The translations under genes were made by a program, and so were the position numbers. This document shows, piece by piece, positions 6,555-12,748 of a DNA stretch of 21,623 bases. Location: positions 1 to 21,623 of the forward strand of contig JAPWTZ010000009.1 in NCBI GenBank assembly GCA_028275775.1, written 5' to 3'. Positions within the stretch are counted from its first letter, which is position 1, and every line of letters begins with the position of its first letter. This stretch comes from Candidatus Nanopusillus sp. Lineage in GTDB: Archaea; Nanobdellota; Nanobdellia; Nanobdellales; Nanobdellaceae. The notes below the pieces were generated by a model. The model worked only from the letters and a program-made list of their open reading frames with translations. It had not been told where the DNA came from and did not search any database.

Positions 6555-8051
6555 ATGAAAACATCTTTAGCACCATTAGCATTATTTATAGGAGTAATAA
6601 TTTTAGTTCTCTTCGGTATATTTTATTTAAATTCTCAGATTCAGCTTGCAACGCAATCTTTAAGATATTTAAGTGAAGATTATATTGCATATCAGGGATT
6701 TTTATATATATTATTTGTTTATATTCCATTTGATATTAGATATAATTTATTAAATAATCTTTTTACAAATATTTTTTCAGGATCTACATATAATATAAAT
6801 TATGTATTTGGAAATAATGTTCCAGATTATTATTCTCAATGCGAAATTCCTTTTTTATTTAATTTAGAAAATATAGAAAATAATGGAAATAATTATAATA
6901 TAATTTATTCATTATGTGTTCCAATAATTCCTTTAAATAATATAAATAATTATCAAAATATTAAAAATATTCTTTATAATATTGGAAATACTTTAAATCA
7001 AGATTTAGAAGAAGAAATTAGATATTTAAATACAAATTTAAATTTTAAACATGCAAATTTTTCATATCAAGATTTTTATTATGATGATAAATATAATTTT
7101 GTATTATCAAATCCTCAATATTCTTTCTTTGTACAAAATAAATATGAAAGAAGTTTATCTTTTCCTCAATTAAATAATCAAATATATTATTCAATATATC
7201 CTTTTTTATTATATTATAATGAATTAATTGATTATTTATACAATCAAACATTCCAATTTATATATTATAATTTAACAAATCAATCAAATTATATATATTT
7301 ATATCAAAATTCATATTCTAATGAAACAATTGGAGATAATTTATACTTAAATTTTTCATTTAATAATACATATTATTATGTTTTAGATTTATATACATCT
7401 CAACTTTTACCATTTGAATATCCAAATATTACAAATGTAACAATTGTAATACCATGTGAATCAATTGGACAGATTGTAAATAATCAATGTATAGTAAATG
7501 ATACATATAGTGAATATATGTATACATGTTTATATACGAACGTAAATTCTTTTCTATCTTCTTTTAATTATCAAATATTAAATGAAACAAATATATTCAA
7601 TGGATCTTGGTATAATGTAACTGGTGTAAATATTATTAATGAAAAAAATGTAAAAGTTGATAGAAATTTTGTAGAAAAAATCTTAGAAAATTATGCATAT
7701 TATACTGATGGATATTATCCAGCTTTAATACCTTTAGATATTCAGATAAATTATAATAATGTAAGTTGCTCTATAAATAATGAAACATTGCAATTTGGGC
7801 CATATAAAACTTACTCTGACTGTTTAAATTCACAAAATTTATTGGAAAATTATTTATCAAATTCATGTACAATTGAATCTGGATGTTATAATGAAAATAA
7901 GATGTTTTATTTTAATGCTACATGTATTGTTCCAGAAACAAATATAAACAATCAATTTACATACAATTATTATTTATATGAATTTGTAGAAATAAATAAT
8001 GAAACAATGAATAATTATTGTGATAATTCATATTGTTATATAATAGGATAG
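6555..8051 (+). CDS. operon protein 9: N-terminally anchored large Asn/Tyr-rich, Cys-containing glycoprotein-like protein, unknown function
   Basis: 498-aa ORF starting MKTSLAPLALFIGVIILVLFGIFYL. Very dense N-x-S/T sequons. 12 Cys, 10 of them in the C-terminal ~210 residues, ending ...NYCDNSYCYIIG. The 3' end overlaps convergent taw3 by 24 nt. Confidence 0.8.
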   Translation: MKTSLAPLALFIGVIILVLFGIFYLNSQIQLATQSLRYLSEDYIAYQGFLYILFVYIPFDIRYNLLNNLFTNIFSGSTYNINYVFGNNVPDYYSQCEIPFLFNLENIENNGNNYNIIYSLCVPIIPLNNINNYQNIKNILYNIGNTLNQDLEEEIRYLNTNLNFKHANFSYQDFYYDDKYNFVLSNPQYSFFVQNKYERSLSFPQLNNQIYYSIYPFLLYYNELIDYLYNQTFQFIYYNLTNQSNYIYLYQNSYSNETIGDNLYLNFSFNNTYYYVLDLYTSQLLPFEYPNITNVTIVIPCESIGQIVNNQCIVNDTYSEYMYTCLYTNVNSFLSSFNYQILNETNIFNGSWYNVTGVNIINEKNVKVDRNFVEKILENYAYYTDGYYPALIPLDIQINYNNVSCSINNETLQFGPYKTYSDCLNSQNLLENYLSNSCTIESGCYNENKMFYFNATCIVPETNINNQFTYNYYLYEFVEINNETMNNYCDNSYCYIIG

Positions 8052-8624
8052 AAGATTTTTATAAAATATATCTATTCTATTTCTTACTCTTTTTAATTTT
8101 TCATTTGCTTCATTTACTAAATTATAAAAATATTCTTTACTTACCAATAATTTTCTATTTTTTGATACAATTGTTTCAATTTTTTCATTTCCAACAATTT
8201 CAACCATTACCCTTTTATCATTTATTAAAAATATTCCAGAATGCTTAAATCCAGATTTTCTTGCAATATTTAATATTTCATATGCTTTTTCTATATTTTT
8301 TGAAGATACATGTAAAATAAATGGTTCTTGTTTAAAGTATATTTTTTCATCATATTTTTTATATACTTCTAATAATTTATTCCATATATAATAAAAATTT
8401 ACATAATAGTGTGATTTAAATAAAAATTCTGCCTCAAATTTTTTTCCACTTTTTGGTATTTTTAACAAAATTATCCTACCTGCACATGAAGATGTTGTAA
8501 AAAAGAAATCTAATGAATTAATAAAATCTAAAATATAATATATGGGTTGATCTGCTAAATATTTTTCCTTAGCTTCTTCAAGTTTTTTCATATGATATAT
8601 TTTTAATTTATAAAATTCATCCAT
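8028..8624 (-). CDS. taw3: tRNA wyosine-derivative biosynthesis methyltransferase Taw3 (TYW3 family)
   Basis: 198 aa containing the TYW3 signature-like TTSSCAGRI, with size and overall pattern typical of archaeal Taw3. Assigned from motif memory, not a search. Confidence 0.7.
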   Translation of the reverse strand: MDEFYKLKIYHMKKLEEAKEKYLADQPIYYILDFINSLDFFFTTSSCAGRIILLKIPKSGKKFEAEFLFKSHYYVNFYYIWNKLLEVYKKYDEKIYFKQEPFILHVSSKNIEKAYEILNIARKSGFKHSGIFLINDKRVMVEIVGNEKIETIVSKNRKLLVSKEYFYNLVNEANEKLKRVRNRIDIFYKNLLSYYITI

Positions 8625-8629
8625 ATATT

Positions 8630-9103
8630 ATGGATAGAGAAAAAATAATATTAAATATATTATTTCTTGTATTTTCTATACCAGTAATTTACCTAATATA
8701 TTATTCATATTCAACATATTTTTCTGGAAATAAAATGGTAAATCCTGAAAATGTATATAATTTATATATATCAAATTTTAGTGTAAGTGGAAATTATTTT
8801 TCATTTAATGTAAATAATCCAAATAATTATTCTGTTGAAATATATTTTTCATATTTAGCATTAAAAAATTCATATCAAACATCATCAATAATAACTTCTG
8901 GAAGCTTTTTACAAAATATATATATAATACAACCAGAAAAACATATTACATTACAATATAATTTTGAATTAGATGATCAAACAAGATTAACAATTATTCA
9001 ATGGGAAAAGCTTGGTGGAATTCTATATTTAACATTATATTATTCATCTATAGGAAATAATTCTATTAGTGGAATAATAAATTATCAAATAGAAAAAAGC
9101 TAG
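8630..9103 (+). CDS. N-terminally anchored small protein, LEA_2/WHy-like beta-sandwich candidate
   Basis: 157 aa. The helix MDREKIILNILFLVFSIPVIYLIYY is followed by YISNFSVSGNYFSFNVNNPNNYSVEIYFSYLAL, which resembles the LEA_2 (NDR1/HIN1-like) strand-NPN-strand motif. The start is 5 nt from the divergent taw3 start. Confidence 0.6.
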   Translation: MDREKIILNILFLVFSIPVIYLIYYSYSTYFSGNKMVNPENVYNLYISNFSVSGNYFSFNVNNPNNYSVEIYFSYLALKNSYQTSSIITSGSFLQNIYIIQPEKHITLQYNFELDDQTRLTIIQWEKLGGILYLTLYYSSIGNNSISGIINYQIEKS

Positions 9104-10287
9104 ACTTTATCAAGATCGCTTATTGTATATATCTTTACTTTACTACTACTCTTTTGTATACTATCTAAACATACAACATATTTTATGTTTGTACTTTTTT
9201 CTATTAATTCTAATAATTCTCTTGTTAATATTCCGTCCATTACTAAATATGCTAAATTATTATGTTTCAATATTGTTTCATCCAATTTATCTACAGGTAT
9301 TTTATTTAATATATTAAAGTTTTCATCTAATAATAAAGCCTGATCTGTTTTAAATATATCATTCATATATGATTTTAATTTTTGTAATATTGGATCCTTT
9401 ATTTTCTTTTCACTTCTAATATTTTTTATATCTTCAGTAGTTCCTTCCAATTTTTCATAATATGCTCTAACTTGATCAAAAGATACTTTATTCTTTAATG
9501 CTTTTAATATTTCTTTTCCAGATAATTCTTCAACTTCTCTTCCAGGTTCTGGTTTTGCTACAAAATCAATATCAACTCCGCTTAACATACATTCTTTTAC
9601 TAATAAATCTCCACCTCTATCCCCATCAAAGAATGTTGTTACAATTTTTTTCTTTGATAGATCAATTATTGTTTTTGGTACATTTAATCCATTTAATGCT
9701 ATTACATTTGTAATTCCATATCTTAATAAATTTAAAACGTCTGCCCTTCCTTCTACTAATATTATTTCTTCAGATTTATCTACATCAGGTCCTGCAGGTA
9801 ATTTTTCTGGTCCATATTCAATCAAAGATTTCATGTTATATGAATATTCTAAATATAATAGTAATTCTTTTGGATCTGGTAATTCTTCATTTATCAATTT
9901 TGTCAATAATTCTCTAGCTCTTTCTAATATTTGTTGTACTTTTGTTTTTCTTATATCTTCTATTTTTTGTACTTTTATTGTTGCATGTGTTGGTCCAATT
10001 CTTGTTACAGTTTCTAATGTTGCAGCAATTAATGAAGTTTCAAATCTATTCAAACTTGTTGGTATTCTAATTTCTCCAATTGTTTTATCATTTTCTACCC
10101 TAAGATCTACATCTATTCTTCCAACTTTTCCAGATCTTTGTAATTCTCTTAAATCCATTTCTGATCCTAATAATCCTTCTGTTTGTCCAAATATTGCTCC
10201 TATTACATCTGGTTTTTCAACTACTCCATCAATATATACTGATGCATGTATCATATATTTTATGTAAGGAGGTGAACTCTTTGCCAT
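9100..10287 (-). CDS. dnaG: archaeal DnaG-type primase (Toprim domain; exosome-associated DnaG)
   Basis: 395 aa. The N-terminus IKYMIHASVYIDGVVEKPDVIGAIFGQTEGLLG is typical of archaeal DnaG. Toprim motifs ILVEGRADVLNL and FFDGDRGGDLL are present. Confidence 0.9.
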   Translation of the reverse strand: MAKSSPPYIKYMIHASVYIDGVVEKPDVIGAIFGQTEGLLGSEMDLRELQRSGKVGRIDVDLRVENDKTIGEIRIPTSLNRFETSLIAATLETVTRIGPTHATIKVQKIEDIRKTKVQQILERARELLTKLINEELPDPKELLLYLEYSYNMKSLIEYGPEKLPAGPDVDKSEEIILVEGRADVLNLLRYGITNVIALNGLNVPKTIIDLSKKKIVTTFFDGDRGGDLLVKECMLSGVDIDFVAKPEPGREVEELSGKEILKALKNKVSFDQVRAYYEKLEGTTEDIKNIRSEKKIKDPILQKLKSYMNDIFKTDQALLLDENFNILNKIPVDKLDETILKHNNLAYLVMDGILTRELLELIEKSTNIKYVVCLDSIQKSSSKVKIYTISDLDKV

Positions 10288-10383
10288 TATTAAATATTTT
10301 TAGGAAAGGTATTTAACTATTGAAATTTTTATACTCTTGGGTGGTATAATAATACTATAAAAAATGAAATTAAAAATTATTAT
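10288..10383. promoter_or_regulatory. divergent promoter region dnaG(-)/fbp(+)
   Basis: 96-nt spacer between divergent start codons. CTATAAAAAA at ~10355-10364 is centred ~-25 from the fbp ATG. TTAAATA on the minus strand lies ~-22 to -31 from the dnaG ATG. This fits short-leader or leaderless mRNAs, but the background is AT-rich. Confidence 0.45.
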
Positions 10384-11502
10384 ATGACATCATCAGAAAA
10401 AATAACAATAAGTGTTTTAAAAGCTGATATAGGAAGTTTAGTTGGAAATTCAACAATTCCAGAAATATTTGAAGAAATAGCTTCAGATATATTAGATAAA
10501 TATAAGGGAGAAAAAATATTTGATTATTTTGTATCACATGTTGGAGATGATCTAAATTTAATAATATTACATAATAAGGGGGAAAATAATAGAGAAATAC
10601 ATCAAATTGCATTTGAAATATTTAAGAAAAATTCTGAAATTGCAAAAGAAATGAATTTGTATGGTGCAGGAGGTGATTTATTAAAGAAAGAATTTACAGG
10701 TTCATTAATTGGAATGGGACCTGGGGTTGCAGAAATGGAATTTACATTAAGATCTTCAGAATCAATAATTGTATTTGCTGCAGATAAAACAGAATCTGGG
10801 GCATTTAATTATCCTTTATTTCAAATGTTTGCAAATCCATTTAATACACCAGGTTTAGTAATTGATCCAGATATGAGACCAGGATTTAGATTTGAAGTAT
10901 GGGATTTATATAATCATAAAAGGGTATATTTAAATTCTCCAGAAGAAATTTATGATCTATTATTATTAATTGGAACATCTGAAAGATTTGCTATAAAAAG
11001 GGTATATCCAAGGTCTGATAAATATCCAAAGGATGAACCTGTTGCGGTTTCTTCTACAGAAAGATTATATGAAGAAGCTGGAAGATATGCTGGAAAAGAT
11101 GATCCTGTAATGATTGTAAGAGCACAAAAAGGATTTCCAGCTGTTGGAGAAATATTGGAAGCTTTTTCATTTCCATATATGGTAAATGGATGGATGAGAG
11201 GATCATATTGGGGCCCATTATTACCTGTAAGTTTAAAGAATGCAAAAGCAACAAGATTTGATGGACCTCCAAGGGTAATTGCATTGGGATTTCAGGTAAA
11301 AAAAGATAAATTATATGGACCAGAAGATTTATTTGATGATCCTGCATTTGATTATACAAGAAATAAAGCATTGGAAATTGCAGATTATATAAGAAGGCAT
11401 GGTCCATTTGAACCACATAGGGTATCTTATGAAGATCTATTAACAACTACAGTAAAACCTATATTAGATAAATTAATTCAAAGATTCGAGGATATAAAAT
11501 AG
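10384..11502 (+). CDS. fbp: fructose-1,6-bisphosphate aldolase/phosphatase (class V FBPase)
   Basis: 372 aa with family hallmarks ISVLKADIGS, HVGDDLNLI, AADKTESGAFNYPL, NTPGLVIDP, RYAGKDDPVMIVR, KATRFDGPPR and LFDDPAFD. Confidence 0.92.
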   Translation: MTSSEKITISVLKADIGSLVGNSTIPEIFEEIASDILDKYKGEKIFDYFVSHVGDDLNLIILHNKGENNREIHQIAFEIFKKNSEIAKEMNLYGAGGDLLKKEFTGSLIGMGPGVAEMEFTLRSSESIIVFAADKTESGAFNYPLFQMFANPFNTPGLVIDPDMRPGFRFEVWDLYNHKRVYLNSPEEIYDLLLLIGTSERFAIKRVYPRSDKYPKDEPVAVSSTERLYEEAGRYAGKDDPVMIVRAQKGFPAVGEILEAFSFPYMVNGWMRGSYWGPLLPVSLKNAKATRFDGPPRVIALGFQVKKDKLYGPEDLFDDPAFDYTRNKALEIADYIRRHGPFEPHRVSYEDLLTTTVKPILDKLIQRFEDIK

Positions 11503-11543
11503 AAAGTATTATTTTTAAATATATTTCTTTTAACAATAATAAA

Positions 11544-11852
11544 ATGGGTCTTGAATATATATATGCAGTATGGTTATTACATGAAGCTAAAAAAGAAATA
11601 AATGCAGATAATATAAAAAAGGTATTGACATCAGTAGGAATTGAACCAAATGATGCAATGATAAATGCTGTATTAGCAAGTTTACAAGGGGTTGATTTGG
11701 ATAAAATAAAGGAAGAATCATTATCTTTTGCTCCAGTACAAACTGCTCCACAGCAAGTAGAGCAAAAGAAAGAGGAAAAACAAGAAAAGAAGGCAGAAGA
11801 AAAGAAAGAAGAGCAAGCATTAGAGGGTTTGTCATCATTATTTGGTTTCTAA
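11544..11852 (+). CDS. rpl12: 50S ribosomal stalk protein P1 (aP1/L12e)
   Basis: 102 aa. N-terminus LEYIYAVWLLHEAKKEINADNIKKVL, a Lys/Glu-rich hinge, and the conserved C-terminus EGLSSLFGF. Confidence 0.9.
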   Translation: MGLEYIYAVWLLHEAKKEINADNIKKVLTSVGIEPNDAMINAVLASLQGVDLDKIKEESLSFAPVQTAPQQVEQKKEEKQEKKAEEKKEEQALEGLSSLFGF

Positions 11853-11887
11853 AATTTATAAATTTTTATATATAATTTTATTTTAAG

Positions 11888-12748
11888 GTGACAGATTCAG
11901 ATAAGATTTATAGAAGCATTATCTCAGCAAAAAAAGAATTAATTAAGTTAGGAGAGGAAAAGGAAAATTTGTACTCTAGAAAGAAAGTTTTATATAAGGA
12001 AAGAAAAGAATTATTGGAAAAGTTAAAGGAATTAAGAAGTAAGAAAGAAGAATATAGTAAAATATTAGATAATTTAATGGAGGAAAGGCAGAAAACATTG
12101 GAAAAGTTAGAAGAATTAAAGAAAAAATTGGATGAAATAAAACAAGCAAGAAAAGATATATTTAAAAATAAAGATATTGCAAAAGATATAAATAAATATA
12201 AGAAAGAATTGGAAACATTAGAATATGTTTTACAGACTGAAGTTTTATCATATTCTCAAGAAAAGAAAATTTGGAATAGAATAAAATATTTAAGAAAACT
12301 TTTGGGTAAATATGAAGAAATATCTTCTGTTTTACAAGAAATTGATAAATTAAGAGAAGAATATAATGCTTATAGATCTAAATTATCAATAATAGGTCAA
12401 AATATTAGAAAAAATATTGATGAAAGAAAGATTGTAAAAGAACAAATAAAACAAATAAAGGAAAGATTAACTCAGATAATGGATGAATATAATAAAATCA
12501 AAGAACAAATAAAACAAATAAAAGAAAGAATAAGGGAACTTGAAGATAAATTATATGAAGATTTACAAAGATATATAAGTCAGAAGTTACAAAAACAATC
12601 AGTTGAAATATCAGAAGAAGAAAAGAATAAAATAATTGAAGAATATTCAAAGATACAACAAAAAATTATGAATGGTTCCGAATTATCAATGGATGAAATA
12701 TTAGTAATGCAAAAATATGAATTATTAAAGAAAAAGGGTGCAATCTGA
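11888..12748 (+). CDS. Lys/Glu-rich coiled-coil protein (COG1340-like archaeal coiled-coil protein)
   Basis: 286 aa from a GTG start. Heptad-like K/E/L/I composition throughout. The position between the P1 gene and alaS matches the neighbourhood I recall in other archaea. The start codon is uncertain because there is no nearby in-frame ATG. Confidence 0.7.
   Translation: MTDSDKIYRSIISAKKELIKLGEEKENLYSRKKVLYKERKELLEKLKELRSKKEEYSKILDNLMEERQKTLEKLEELKKKLDEIKQARKDIFKNKDIAKDINKYKKELETLEYVLQTEVLSYSQEKKIWNRIKYLRKLLGKYEEISSVLQEIDKLREEYNAYRSKLSIIGQNIRKNIDERKIVKEQIKQIKERLTQIMDEYNKIKEQIKQIKERIRELEDKLYEDLQRYISQKLQKQSVEISEEEKNKIIEEYSKIQQKIMNGSELSMDEILVMQKYELLKKKGAI
12437..12532 (+). repeat. 33-nt direct repeat (31/33 identical) with 63-nt period inside the coiled-coil gene
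   Basis: 12437-12469 aaagaacaaataaaacaaataaaggaaagatta versus 12500-12532 aaagaacaaataaaacaaataaaagaaagaata. Both encode KEQIKQIKER, 21 aa (three heptads) apart. Confidence 0.85.

Noticed and set aside
1422-8051. Integrated virus, provirus or mobile element as the explanation for the cluster of small membrane proteins
   Set aside because: The window has no integrase, transposase, capsid-like or replication gene. No tRNA gene or direct repeat flanks the block. The junctions with neighbouring chromosomal genes (taw3 overlap, shared divergent promoter) look native. This cannot be fully excluded without homology searches.
3617-8248. Short ORFs 3617-3829, 3956-4192, 4392-4592 and 7045-7251 (minus strand) and 8033-8248 (plus strand)
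   Set aside because: They are embedded antisense in much longer ORFs (operon proteins 5, 6 and 9, and taw3). There is no independent signal and they are just above the length cutoff.
9123-10267. Three plus-strand ORFs (9123-9317, 9498-9713, 9833-10267) antisense to dnaG
   Set aside because: They lie wholly inside a strongly supported DnaG gene. Their products are low-complexity Leu/Ile/Phe/Tyr strings typical of antisense frames of AT-rich coding DNA.
11885-11891. AAGGTGA at the coiled-coil gene start read as a Shine-Dalgarno motif for a downstream start rather than containing the GTG start itself
   Set aside because: The next in-frame Met is 63 codons downstream, which would leave ~190 nt of open frame unused. 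The GTG at 11888 is therefore retained, with the start flagged as uncertain.
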